From contig JBGPQV010000009.1 of NCBI GenBank assembly GCA_041489255.1, forward strand, positions 31,896-95,895: a stretch of 64,000 nucleotides of DNA, written 5' to 3'. The first letter of the stretch is position 1; the number at the start of each line of letters is the position of its first letter. Under the pieces are notes generated by a model that was given only the letters and a program-made list of their open reading frames with translations, did no database searches and was not told the DNA's origin. The DNA comes from Thermoplasmata archaeon. Its GTDB lineage: Archaea; Thermoplasmatota; Thermoplasmata; RBG-16-68-12; JAFNFQ01. Both the position numbers and the translations under genes were made by a program. This document shows, piece by piece, positions 29,306 through 38,659 of the stretch.

Positions 29306-29557
29306 ATGCGTGTCATTACAATCCGCTTGGACGCGGAAACCGAGAACGCCATGAAGGGAGTCAGAGGAATCAACTGGAGCGAGGTGCTCCGGCGGAGGAT
29401 CAGAGATGTATCCCGCAGGCATTCCCGCCAGAACAAGGTCAAGGCCCTGCTGGCTTCTCAGGAGCTTTCCAGGAAGCCCGCCAAGGGCTTTGAAAGCACT
29501 AAGGTAATCCGCAACTGGAGGGACCGAAGGCATGGCGCGGTGCGTGCCGGACGCTAG
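29306..29557 (+). CDS. VapB-like antitoxin (RHH/CcdA-like)
   Basis: VITIRLD...INWSEVLR...STKVIRNWRD, overlapping the PIN gene. Confidence 0.85.
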   Translation: MRVITIRLDAETENAMKGVRGINWSEVLRRRIRDVSRRHSRQNKVKALLASQELSRKPAKGFESTKVIRNWRDRRHGAVRAGR

Positions 29558-29963
29558 CGTCGTGGTCAAATGGTTCCTCGAGGAGGAGTTCTCCCGAGAC
29601 GCCCGGAGGCTGAGAGACGACTACGCCTCTGATGCTGTCGAGCTGGAGGCGCCATCCCTGCTACCATTCGAAGTCCTCAACGCGGTTCGTTATGCCGGAG
29701 TGTTCTCGGCGAAGGAGTTGCGGCGGGTGGCCGAGGCGCTCGACGCCTTCGCCATACCCACCAACCCGTTGGAAGGCCCCCTGGCGGTGAACACTTTGGA
29801 GGTGGCGTCGACGACGGGACTCACCGTGTACGATGCCAGCTACGTCGCCTTGGCTCGCGAGGTCGGTGGCATCCTGTACACCGCGGATCGCGCTTTGATC
29901 GCCGCCACGAAGCGTCTCGGTGTGGCCGCCCACATCGAGAGATACAAGACTCCTGATGAATGA
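29532..29963 (+). CDS. vapC: VapC PIN-domain toxin
   Basis: DASVVVKWF, FEVLNA, TVYDASYVALA and LYTAD. Confidence 0.9.
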   Translation: MARCVPDASVVVKWFLEEEFSRDARRLRDDYASDAVELEAPSLLPFEVLNAVRYAGVFSAKELRRVAEALDAFAIPTNPLEGPLAVNTLEVASTTGLTVYDASYVALAREVGGILYTADRALIAATKRLGVAAHIERYKTPDE

Positions 29964-29984
29964 AGACCGCGGATGCATTACATT

Positions 29985-30140
29985 GGAACCCGCATCCCTC
30001 CGGGAAGCATCTCAGCAGCTTCCCGGGCAGCCTGTCGTCAAGCTCCTCGATGTCGCGGTCCACGGGCTCAATCACGCGGATGCCATGCCTCTTGAGGCTC
30101 TCCCGCTTCGTCTTCGGCCATTTCACGAAGCGCGCACGAT
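29985..30140 (-). pseudogene. 3' gene remnant (C-terminus of a nuclease-like protein)
   Basis: KRHGIRVIEPVDRDIEELDDRLPGKLL resembles a recurring C-terminal LIELxDxDIxxLDDxLPxKLL motif (recalled). The 5' part is absent. Confidence 0.35.
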
Positions 30141-30150
30141 CTGAGTATGT

Positions 30151-30534
30151 TTAGATCAACAGAGCGGCTTGCTCGACCGTCCCGCCGCAGAGTTCGACCG
30201 ATTCGCTATCACTCTGCGGGCCCAATACCCCGCCTGTCGAATCCGCGGACACTTGGTGCGTCTGACAGGAGTCGACGAGCCATGTTATATCGAACGTGTA
30301 CTGGATGGACCCCAAGGGCGAGAGAGTCCCGCTGTACTTCAACTGACCGTCCAGAAACACCCGGTATTCCACATCATTCACCAGATGCGTGCTCGTCACG
30401 GTCACAACGATCTTGCCGTTCTTCGAGATCATGAAGAACCCGATCAGTGCGACAACCACCACGATAACGACCACGATGATAATACCAGTGTGCTTCTTGG
30501 ACCGTGCTTGTTGCATCGGCTGAGGCTGTGCCAT
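30151..30534 (-). CDS. Small membrane-anchored beta-sandwich protein
   Basis: N-terminal TM (IIIVVVIVVVVALIGFF) and upstream TTTAAG. Confidence 0.7.
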   Translation of the reverse strand: MAQPQPMQQARSKKHTGIIIVVVIVVVVALIGFFMISKNGKIVVTVTSTHLVNDVEYRVFLDGQLKYSGTLSPLGSIQYTFDITWLVDSCQTHQVSADSTGGVLGPQSDSESVELCGGTVEQAALLI

Positions 30535-30786
30535 ATACCTATGCTCCCTGCGCCAGAGATATCTCGAGAAGCCTTAAATGTTTCCGGACACCGCATGTCA
30601 CCGGGCATTCGGGGTCGCGGAGCCTGCGCAATCGATGCAGGCGGTCGATGGACGCCCCTCGCTCGGACTTACCGGAACCCGTATCCCTCCGGTAAGCATT
30701 TCAGCGAGTCAGAAAGGCCCAATCTGAAAGACATGAGAAACAGTGACGCCTAGTAATGGTGTCGTTCTACTCTGCTGCGAGTCGGC

Positions 30787-30879
30787 AGGGGGATCGGGCG
30801 GGAGCGGCTTGGGGACATATGCGCGGTAGCCCTCCGGTTGCATCGCGTAGTGACCTGCGCGCTCAGTCGCCTTCGCCAT
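30787..30879 (-). pseudogene. N-terminal fragment of a Fic_N-type Fic gene
   Basis: MAKATERAGHYAMQPEGYRAYVPKPLPPDPP, then the similarity is lost. Confidence 0.65.
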
Positions 30880-31024
30880 ATTCAAGTCAGCCTTCACACC
30901 TCAGAACCTTTAGCAGTTAATTAGGTTCTTGGAGCTATTCTTTAACAACGTGATGGATATCTAAGTACATTCCGCCTGAAGTGAGCTGGCATGAAAGTGA
31001 CGCAGCCCATGTTCCCCTATCCAA

Positions 31025-31131
31025 ATGACGAAGGGCCGCTGGCGCTTGCCCATCCTGGCCGAGTCCGCGATGATCTTGGCATACTGCCAGTACACGAGGT
31101 CGTTGAGAGTGCGGACGGCAGGTGGCGGCCT
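31025..31131 (-). pseudogene. HNH gene fragment 0 (putative N-terminal 35 codons)
   Basis: Reads (R)PPPAVRTLNDLVYWQYAKIIADSARMGKRQRPFV. I recall this as the N-terminus of the HNH family at 42120-42614, and it ends exactly where that ORF begins. Confidence 0.6.
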
Positions 31132-31321
31132 GGTTAGAACCGTGGGTGATAGATGGGGAGCTGTCGACCTAAATCCTCACCCTGCCGCCAGTCCGCATGC
31201 GAACCGCCATCGGTCGTCCTGTCTCGGGCGGGTCGCGCTCAGAGCGCTTGAGTGTCCGAAGAGCATCGGGTGAAGGGAACAATTAAGTATGGCTTCCTAT
31301 ATTGATTTCCCATAAAGTACC

Positions 31322-32134
31322 ATGAAAGAGACACTTTCAGGAAACGGATATAGGAAAAGTCTCTCTCCCACCGAGAGCCGCGTCCTCTCAGACCTCGTGT
31401 TCCACGGCATGTCCATGTTCACCGCCAAGGACCTCGCCCCTTACGGGGTCGACGCGAAGCGCTTCCTATCGCGGCTCAGGAACAAGGGGTGGATCGCTTG
31501 GGTGAAGAGAGGCCTCTACCTGATAGCGCCGCTGGAGGCCGGGAAGGACGGCGCGAAGTCACACACCGTCCACAGCTTCGTCCTCGCATCGCACCTCGCC
31601 GAGCCCTGCTACGTGGGCTTCTGGAGCGCCCTGAGCCACCACGGCATGACGGAGGCCACGCCCCCGGTCGTGTATCTCGCGAGCACGGTACATCAGAACA
31701 GCCGGATCATCTTCGACGTGCGCATTGTGTTCGTCACGCTGCGACCTTGGAAGATGTTCGGGACTGAGATTGTCAGGATCGAGGGGAGCGAAGTGACCGT
31801 GTCGGACCGGGAGAAGACGGTTGTGGACTGCCTCGACCATCCGGAGCATTGTGGCGGTATCGTGCAGATCCTTGACGTCCTCGAGGACGAGTTCGACAGG
31901 GTGGACTACGGGCGCGTGCTCCGTTATGCCCGCAGGATGAGGAACACGACGATCCTGAAGCGCCTGGGCTACCTGCTCGACATCCTCGGATACCACGATG
32001 AGGCAGGACGGATCCCGCGTGCCTCCATCGGGCAGGGGTACTCCAAGCTGGACCCCAGGTTCCCCAACGCGGGTCCGACGAACGAGCGGTGGAGGCTGCG
32101 GGTCAACGTCCGACTGGGGTCGAGGGAAGGGTGA
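31322..32134 (+). CDS. AbiEi-family antitoxin / transcriptional regulator (type IV TA)
   Basis: wHTH RLRNKGWI..VKRGLY, YVGFWSALSHHG, SDREKTVVDCLDHP and KRLGYLL. Confidence 0.9.
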   Translation: MKETLSGNGYRKSLSPTESRVLSDLVFHGMSMFTAKDLAPYGVDAKRFLSRLRNKGWIAWVKRGLYLIAPLEAGKDGAKSHTVHSFVLASHLAEPCYVGFWSALSHHGMTEATPPVVYLASTVHQNSRIIFDVRIVFVTLRPWKMFGTEIVRIEGSEVTVSDREKTVVDCLDHPEHCGGIVQILDVLEDEFDRVDYGRVLRYARRMRNTTILKRLGYLLDILGYHDEAGRIPRASIGQGYSKLDPRFPNAGPTNERWRLRVNVRLGSREG

Positions 32135-32943
32135 AGATGATACGCGCCGCGGAGCTGAGGGCGACCGCCCGCCTGATCGGCCTCCCCGTCGACATCGTGG
32201 AGAAGGACTATGCCCTGGGGTGGATTCTGGCAGGAGTCGTCCGTTCGAAGCCCGGCCCGCAGCTCGTGCTCAAGGGCGGGACGGCCCTGTCGAAGATATA
32301 CTACCCGAGGGGCTGGCGGCTCTCCGAGGACCTCGATTTCACCCTGCGGCGCGTGGCCAAGCTGGAGGACGCAGCGCTCGGTCTCGCCGGGGAGCTCCCT
32401 GACCTGGTCGACAAGCTGTCGGGCGGTCTTCGCGTCGCGGCCCGCGATCCCCCTCACGTGGCCGGGGAAGGGTATATGCAGCTCAAGTTCCGCTTCGAAG
32501 GCCCGATCGGCGCAGGTGTCGTCAAGGTAGAGGCCTCGAGGGAGGACCCGGTGGGGCCGACATCGACGAGGACGCTCGCGAGGTCCTATCCGGACTATCC
32601 ATCCGAGAGGGTGAAGGTCTACACGCTGGAGAACATCGTGTCCGAGAAGCTGAGGGCGATGGCGGAGAGACAGCGCGTCAGGGACTATTACGACGTCTGG
32701 AAGCTGGCGAAATCGGGCGGGGTCGACTGGGTGGTAGTCCGCGAGCTGTTCCCCAGGAAATGCGCGTTCAAGGGAGTCAAGGTGAAGTCGATCGGGGACC
32801 TCTTCCCTGACGGCCTCGAGGCGGTCCTGGGACCGTATATGGACGTGGGGCTCACCCGTCTAACGGCGGAGCCCTTGCCTCCTTTGAGGTCCTGGCTGAA
32901 CGAGGCGAGGAGGATTGTCCGCAGGGAGCTGAAGCTCCGGTAA
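32131..32943 (+). CDS. AbiEii-family nucleotidyltransferase toxin
   Basis: VEKDY, LKGGTAL, RLSEDLDF, EKLRA and RVRDYYD. Confidence 0.92.
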   Translation: MKMIRAAELRATARLIGLPVDIVEKDYALGWILAGVVRSKPGPQLVLKGGTALSKIYYPRGWRLSEDLDFTLRRVAKLEDAALGLAGELPDLVDKLSGGLRVAARDPPHVAGEGYMQLKFRFEGPIGAGVVKVEASREDPVGPTSTRTLARSYPDYPSERVKVYTLENIVSEKLRAMAERQRVRDYYDVWKLAKSGGVDWVVVRELFPRKCAFKGVKVKSIGDLFPDGLEAVLGPYMDVGLTRLTAEPLPPLRSWLNEARRIVRRELKLR

Positions 32944-32945
32944 AC

Positions 32946-33050
32946 GCCGGACGCCCTTTTCGCGATAAAATGGATTGAGAGACCTCCTCGTTCCACCGCG
33001 TCGATGTACCATGCGACCTTTCCCTGCGTCAGCTTTCGCGCGGGGGGCAT
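32946..33050 (-). mobile_element. 5' remnant of an IS481-like transposase
   Basis: MPPARKLTQGKVAWYIDAVERGGLSIHFIAKR resembles the HTH start of archaeal IS481-type transposases and is truncated. Confidence 0.4.
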
Positions 33051-33326
33051 TGCGTTCCCTTCAAGGAACTCATCCTGGGATCGTGCACGGCTTCGGAGGG
33101 ACACAGCATATATAAGTGGGGTTTGGATGTCTTTTCGAGAATCCGGGCAGAAGGTACTGCTAAGCGCCCAGGGGATGGACAACGCGACTGGAACTGCGTA
33201 CGGTTTGGGGGTAAGGGGTAAGAGCGGGAACCGGACGATGTACGCCGTCCAAGAAGGCCAGAGAGGCGAAGGATACGAATTCCTGGGGGCGAATGGTTTA
33301 GCAGGACATGCTGCGGGGTTTTGCCT

Positions 33327-33809
33327 ATGAAGAAAGCCAACCTGACGATACGGGAGGAGATCCAGGACTTGGGCTTCAGGCTCTGCCTCATGAAGGAGGC
33401 GCAGAAGCAGTTCATCACGCGCTTCTTCGCCGAGAACCTCCAGGACAAGAAAACTGTCGAGGTCCTCGTGGGTGGCAGCCGGAAGAACGTCGACCGATAC
33501 ATCGAGAACGTGAAGAAGATGCGAACGGGAAATCCCAAGGGATTCGATGTGGAAACACAGGACTATTACGGGAGCATAATGGACATCAGGGATTTCGCAG
33601 GCTATCTGACGGCGGAACAGCTGGTAAGAGGAGTGGGGGGCATGACGGGGCTTGTTTTGAGGATCGACACGCTTGTTTCGAGGATCGACACGCTCGACAG
33701 GACGCTCGTCGAGCGCCTTTCCGGGCTCGAGACGACACTGAAGGGGATTGGCCCTGACATCGCGAGAGCCATACTGGAAGGGTTCGAGCGCCTGGAGAAG
33801 CGAGGTTAG
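33327..33809 (+). CDS. Acylphosphatase-like domain plus coiled-coil tail
   Basis: IQDLGFR...ENLQDKKTVEVLVGG, then RIDTLVSRIDTL encoded by a 21-bp tandem duplication. Confidence 0.7.
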   Translation: MKKANLTIREEIQDLGFRLCLMKEAQKQFITRFFAENLQDKKTVEVLVGGSRKNVDRYIENVKKMRTGNPKGFDVETQDYYGSIMDIRDFAGYLTAEQLVRGVGGMTGLVLRIDTLVSRIDTLDRTLVERLSGLETTLKGIGPDIARAILEGFERLEKRG

Positions 33810-33890
33810 ACGCCATTCGGAGGGCACTCGCATCAGCCTTTTGTAATTGGAGATCGATGCGGACCTTGGCGGATTGCCATCGAGGAACCA

Positions 33891-34205
33891 TTGGGCCTGT
33901 ACTGTGACCGCGGGGTCTGCGAAGAGGTGCTCAGGAGCCTGGGATATCGCGTCACGGATGGCGGCTCAGAGCTGCACGCGACGAAGATGCTCCGTGGGGG
34001 ACGATTCCATGTCGTCATCGAAGGCACGGGCTTCCCGCTTTCTGGGAACATGGTCAGTGCTCATCTTGACATCAGTGGCAAAGGGCTCGTCAAGCATCCG
34101 GTTGTCTACGAGAGCCAGCAAATCCAGAAGGAGGTCGGACGGATTCGTTCCGCCCTGTTGAAGACGATCAAGGCTGCGCGAGAGAAGCGACGCGGTTCGG
34201 GATGA
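33891..34205 (+). CDS. Hypothetical protein
   Basis: 104-aa ORF whose TGA stop lies inside HNH fragment 1. Confidence 0.5.
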   Translation: MGLYCDRGVCEEVLRSLGYRVTDGGSELHATKMLRGGRFHVVIEGTGFPLSGNMVSAHLDISGKGLVKHPVVYESQQIQKEVGRIRSALLKTIKAAREKRRGSG

Positions 34206-34255
34206 GGTGGTCCAGGGTGAGGTCGGCGCCCTTGTCGCGGTAGATGCAGCGGCGG
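34197..34255 (-). repeat. HNH gene fragment 1
   Basis: 56/59 identical to 42476-42534. Confidence 0.95.
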
Positions 34256-34360
34256 TGGCATGATTCACATCGCCGTTTATCCCACAATTGGGAGATGACG
34301 AAGACAACTTACCAATTTGGTGAGACACCGAAATCATCTTATATAAAGAGTCAGTATTAC

Positions 34361-35434
34361 ATGTCAATGTATGAAAACGAGGAGATTCCAGCCTTCCCTC
34401 CCCGCTCAATCGTCGGAAGGATCCTCGAACTCGGCTTTCTGAGCGGACCCTGGAATCGTTCGGAACTGGAGGGCAGATGGGGTCAGAGCACCACGAATAA
34501 GTTCATCCAGGAAGCCAAGGAATTCGGATGGCTTGTAAGCCCCTTTCAGAACGAATTCTTCGTTCCATCAGCCCAGGACCTGATGGTCGTGGGGTGGCTG
34601 CCTAGGCCTCAGCGCCAGGAGTTCATCATAAGCCGAACATTAGCGGCCACTGGAATGCGCTTCTGGTGCCTTTCTGCTTGGATGAGGACTTATGAACTTG
34701 AGTTTCCGGAACCGTTGTTTGTGAGCGACCTAGCAGGAGCGCCTCGTCTCGGTGACCGCAGGAAGAAGCGTTCAACATTCCCCCCTGCCAAAGAAATCCG
34801 TGAGAGGAACCTGAGCATCGTGAAGCGCCTTAGACGGATTCCTTTCCTTTCGAATCTGGTAATAGTTCCAGAGCTCCCTCAGACTGGCAGGTTCGGCTTC
34901 CCAGCCAAGGTCGTTCTGCCCAGAGGCGTATCGCAAAAACCGCTTCGTTGGGACTGGCTTGTCGAAGACGATTCGTCCGAAAACATGGACGACATGAGGA
35001 ATCAACGTGTCAATCGTGCTTCAGGCAGGGAGATCCGCTTTCTTCTGTCTGCCAGAGTCGACGATCCTGCTTGGGTGATCGCTTTCCTAATCGCATTGGG
35101 CCTTCCACGAATCCAGGAGAAGCTACCCCGAGTAGTACAACGTGAGATTCAACGCCAGACATTCTATCGAATTCAGGAAATAGAGTCTAATGGGGCAATC
35201 AAAGTCAGAATAGAGGAGGATTTGCTGAAACGTGTCCGAAATTGGGGCGCCTTTCTGGGACAACCTGCGCCGAATGACTCTTGGCAGCGAGTGCTTTCTG
35301 AAGGCCTCTTCCCCTACCTTCTGGTCCCTTGGGCTCTCTGGAATGAGCTCGCTAGTTTCTCTGCTTCATGGAGACTGCAGTCAGTGCACAATTTGAGAGG
35401 TCTGTTAGATGCTGAACCTAGAAGCTCAGACTGA
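34361..35434 (+). CDS. Hypothetical protein, probable divergent AbiEi-like antitoxin
   Basis: TTATATAA at 34339 precedes ATG 34361. It has a wHTH-like N-terminus and overlaps the downstream NTase gene. Confidence 0.6.
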   Translation: MSMYENEEIPAFPPRSIVGRILELGFLSGPWNRSELEGRWGQSTTNKFIQEAKEFGWLVSPFQNEFFVPSAQDLMVVGWLPRPQRQEFIISRTLAATGMRFWCLSAWMRTYELEFPEPLFVSDLAGAPRLGDRRKKRSTFPPAKEIRERNLSIVKRLRRIPFLSNLVIVPELPQTGRFGFPAKVVLPRGVSQKPLRWDWLVEDDSSENMDDMRNQRVNRASGREIRFLLSARVDDPAWVIAFLIALGLPRIQEKLPRVVQREIQRQTFYRIQEIESNGAIKVRIEEDLLKRVRNWGAFLGQPAPNDSWQRVLSEGLFPYLLVPWALWNELASFSASWRLQSVHNLRGLLDAEPRSSD

Positions 35435-36080
35435 AGCGCTGCAGATTGTTGCAGCAGCGGCAAAGAAACACGGCCTAGTCGTAGCACCGGTCGGCAGTGT
35501 CTACTTTCTTTTTACCGAACGTAAGCATTTGACTACAAAAGATATCGACGTTGTCGTTCATGTTGACGCGGACACCATCGCTCCTCTGGAGTTGCTGGAG
35601 AAGATGGGCCGAGAGCTTGGGGTCGCCGTGTCTTCGGGCGATAAGGCCACTGTCACTGTGACTGTCGAGAGCAAGTACGGCCCCGTAAGGATAGACCTGA
35701 TAAGGGGAAAGGAAGGAGCCAGGCGTAGCTTCTTGCCGAGGGAATTGCTGCGCACCGCTGCCAGATATGGGCGGAGAGACGGCAGTATCCTATGGTATCC
35801 CATCGAGTTCGTAATCCTTTTCAAGGCGGATGCGGCAGTTGACAGAGCTAAACGGGCTCGGAGTGGCGGCCCGAAGGCTGCGGAGAACCTGCGTAGAGCA
35901 GACGTATTCAGACAGGACGTTTTCGCGCATGTCCAGTCGTCTTTGGAAGGCGACGGGCTCAACGAGAGATACCTGATTGAGGGTCTCAGTCATCTTAAGC
36001 AAGTCAGACGAAATGAAGTCGCGTCACTCCTGGAGGCAGCCAGCGGAGGTCGTTTGACTCTGAGCGTCGGGACAGACTAG
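35409..36080 (+). CDS. Pol-beta-like nucleotidyltransferase (AbiEii/DUF6036-like)
   Basis: VGSVYF...TTKDIDVVV, RIDLI and ILFKA. Confidence 0.7.
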   Translation: MLNLEAQTEALQIVAAAAKKHGLVVAPVGSVYFLFTERKHLTTKDIDVVVHVDADTIAPLELLEKMGRELGVAVSSGDKATVTVTVESKYGPVRIDLIRGKEGARRSFLPRELLRTAARYGRRDGSILWYPIEFVILFKADAAVDRAKRARSGGPKAAENLRRADVFRQDVFAHVQSSLEGDGLNERYLIEGLSHLKQVRRNEVASLLEAASGGRLTLSVGTD

Positions 36081-36242
36081 GTGTGCCCGCAGAAGATCAT
36101 CGTCCTCGACAATGGAGGTGTTATCCTCTTCATATTGAGCTGCGCGATATATTTCTTGAAGACAAGTTCATGATCCGCGAGGACCTGGTCGGCATCGGGA
36201 CTCCAGACACGAGCCTCAAAACGAGTGAAGGGATTCTGTGCA

Positions 36243-36418
36243 TCGCCGCCTTCAGTCCCCCGCGAGCGGTCCAGTACTCGTAGAGCCGCCGCGCGCCCTT
36301 GGAGCTGTTGCATGAGGCGCACACCCAGACGGCGTTCTTCTCGTCCTGGGGCCCGTGGAGCGCCCTCGGGATGAGGTGGTCCAGGGTGAGGTCGGCGCTC
36401 CTCTCGCTGTTGACGCAG
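36243..36418 (-). repeat. HNH gene fragment 2 (contains the HNH core)
   Basis: 168/176 identical to 42353-42528. Confidence 0.97.
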
Positions 36419-36427
36419 TATCGCGGA

Positions 36428-37606
36428 TTACGCAAGGCTAGTTCGGTCCCTACGCCTGATGCGAACATTCCCTGCACCGTCCGCTCCCGAATCCGAAATT
36501 TCAAACTCTCCGCCCAATGCTTGGACGAAGCGGAGGAGCTTAGAATATCCGTATGCCCTCCAATCGAATGGAGGATTCAGGTGCCGGAGTTTATACCCTA
36601 GTATCGATAGAAATGCGGTTCCATCGTCCCGCTTGGTTTCTTCAAATATCTTTCCGAAGATGTCCAGCGCTTCAGGCGGGATGCTGGTTTTCGGGCTCAG
36701 ATCGGTCTTCGGAGCCTCCTCAATCTGCTTCGCCTCCGAAGAGCCCTGCAGGGTTACTGTCTCATGAGGAGCTTCGCAGGCGGGCTGGAGAGCCTGAGTG
36801 GGTCTCGGCTCACCGATTTCGGGAACCGATGGCAGTTGCTTCCGAATCTCCCTGATTTTCTCCTGTAGCGCCTCAATCTCCTCCATGTGGTCAATGAACG
36901 GGATGGATCCATATTCAATGTCGAATGCGAGCCCTGTCGGTCTCAGCACGTTTTCGTTCAGCGTGAATATCCTCTCAAGGCGCGATTCCGTCCGCTTGCA
37001 GTGGGAATTGAGCATCCGGTTGCTGATATGTCGGTTCTTGTCAGATATCTTCGCCAACGCCAACCATCTCTCTTTCTCTTCAGCATGCAGTGTGGAATAC
37101 CCTACCTTTTCTTCAGGTGAAAGTGAAATCCCGCTGGTCACGAAGATGTCGTCTTCCGAAGACGGCTCGGTCCGCCCGGTCTTCAGGTACGGAATCAAAG
37201 CTTTGTCTAAGTTCTTCTGTAGCTTCCCGCCATGTACGCGCGGATGCTTTGTGGAAATCGTGTGATCGGGTTCTGAAGTGATAATCAATATGTCGGGGTC
37301 GACGTCCAAGATTCGTCCGATGCAATACAGAAGTGCTGCGAGTTTTGTGCGTCCGATTTCTGTGGAGGGATTGGGCAACCTGGCCTGAGTCAAGTCTTTG
37401 AGGAATATCTTTGGAACGATGTGGTTCAACTTAGTGTCTGTGTATCTAATGATGCTGACCTGTTCCGCGAGACGCTTCACCTTCATCATGGCGACGATTT
37501 CCCTCGCCTTTTCCACGCATTTGTCGACATTGTCGCATGACGGCAGATTCTCTAGAACGAACATGGCTGAGAGAGCATTTCGCATCGCCTGCGTCGTTCG
37601 CCCCAC
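36428..37606 (-). CDS. Protein with C-terminal OST-HTH/LOTUS domain
   Basis: AFLSILGYKLRHLNPPFDWRAYGYSKLLRFVQAL. The N-terminal domain is not recognised. Confidence 0.75.
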   Translation of the reverse strand: MGRTTQAMRNALSAMFVLENLPSCDNVDKCVEKAREIVAMMKVKRLAEQVSIIRYTDTKLNHIVPKIFLKDLTQARLPNPSTEIGRTKLAALLYCIGRILDVDPDILIITSEPDHTISTKHPRVHGGKLQKNLDKALIPYLKTGRTEPSSEDDIFVTSGISLSPEEKVGYSTLHAEEKERWLALAKISDKNRHISNRMLNSHCKRTESRLERIFTLNENVLRPTGLAFDIEYGSIPFIDHMEEIEALQEKIREIRKQLPSVPEIGEPRPTQALQPACEAPHETVTLQGSSEAKQIEEAPKTDLSPKTSIPPEALDIFGKIFEETKRDDGTAFLSILGYKLRHLNPPFDWRAYGYSKLLRFVQALGGEFEISDSGADGAGNVRIRRRDRTSLA

Positions 37607-37779
37607 GATAATCGATAAGGGCGATCAAGCGTATTAAACGTTTTTCCTAGTTATGTGAATGGCGAATCCTCATCAGTTAGCTTCTCCCGGAAAGGCATGG
37701 CATCTCTCACACCGCCGAACCTAGGTGCTCTCCAGGATGCTTGTCTCTCTTCCGTCATGTATTATCCCGCCTTCGTAGA

Positions 37780-38340
37780 AAATGCGGACGGTCCTTAGCG
37801 AAATGCGGACCGTGTCAGGCAAAATGCGCGCGAACCTTGAGGAAATGCGGAGTAAGTCCATCCGCGTGTGGACCGAGGCGGAGCGAGTGTGGAGGAGGTC
37901 TTTCCACGTCAGAATGGAATCTCGGAACACTCGCATCGAGCCTCGGAACATCGTCGCGGATGCGGAAGACCGCACCGGAGGCCCCGGAGAGTGTGGACAG
38001 AGTCGCTCTGCATGTGGACGGAGTCCGTCCGCATGCGGACGATGACCGTCCGAGTGTGGCCGGATTCTCTCCACTTGCGGACCGAGGCCGGGCGAGTGCG
38101 GACGGAATCTCCCCACTCGTGAACTGAGATGGAGCGAGTGTGGACGGAGCCCGGGAACATTCTCGCGCATATACCCGTAAGTACCGATGCCCTCGGAGGG
38201 CGCGGACGGAGTCCGTGCGAGTGTGGATAGAGTCTCTCCGCGCGTGGGCGTAGGCGGAGCGATTGTGGCCGGAGTCGCTCTGCGTGTGGACGGAGTCCGT
38301 GCGAGTGTGGATGAAAGGGCCGCCGTATGGAGTGGGATGT
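37780..38340. repeat. Degenerate 21-bp tandem array (about 26 units)
   Basis: Units such as GAGTGTGGACGGAGTCCGTGC, GCATGTGGACGGAGTCCGTCC and AAATGCGGACCGTGTCAGGCA in 21-nt phase, with occasional 20-nt slips. Confidence 0.9.
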
Positions 38341-38574
38341 GCGCGGGCCGTGCGGTGGCCGGTCGCGACGGGCATTGAAGGCGGTTGTCACGCCTGCGCG
38401 AGGGGCGTCGTCCGACCGTGGGGCAGCTATCCTCCTCACCCTCCTGCCTGATCGCGTTGATTCCCGGAGCGGCATCCCGTCCAGCGACACAACGCCAGGG
38501 TCATCGAAGTCCCGCCCGCGGATAGTCTGACCGCGGAACGAGCCGATGACAATCAGGCAGGCACGGCGAAGACA

Positions 38575-38624
38575 GGAAAGAAGAAAGAAAAAGGTGGCGG
38601 GAGGCCAAGGGACCCCCGCCTTCG
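38575..38624 (-). terminator. Hairpin plus U-tract terminator after the 38660-39040 gene
   Basis: Minus strand GGCGGGGG-TCCCTTGG-CCTCCCGCC followed by ACCTTTTTCTTTCTTCTTT. Confidence 0.7.
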
Positions 38625-38659
38625 TGGAATTCCCCTCATTGCTGCTTTGTTTATCTTGA

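Noticed and set aside
30668-30697. Inverted repeat CTTACCGGA...TCCGGTAAG as an attC-like site
   Set aside because: It is a single occurrence with no similar hairpin at other cassette boundaries
31025-31273. Plus-strand 82-aa ORF
   Set aside because: It is antisense to the HNH N-terminal fragment and has no recognisable features
32688-33833. 381-aa minus-strand ORF
   Set aside because: It is antisense to the AbiEii and acylphosphatase-like genes, and only the short IS481-like stretch looks protein-like
34244-34360. N-terminal extension of the 34244-35434 ORF
   Set aside because: It overlaps HNH fragment 1 and the TATA box, so the real start is 34361 or 34367
36077-36504. ORFs 36130-36504 and 36077-36322 as a functional HNH gene
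   Set aside because: They are chimeric read-throughs of HNH fragment 2 with flanking DNA, and the first CxxC is disrupted
37780-38340. CRISPR array
   Set aside because: The units are contiguous and degenerate with no unique spacers, and there are no cas genes in the window
37721-38490. Overlapping ORFs across the 21-bp array as real genes
   Set aside because: They arise in most frames from repeat periodicity, are interrupted by slips, and none has a convincing start signal
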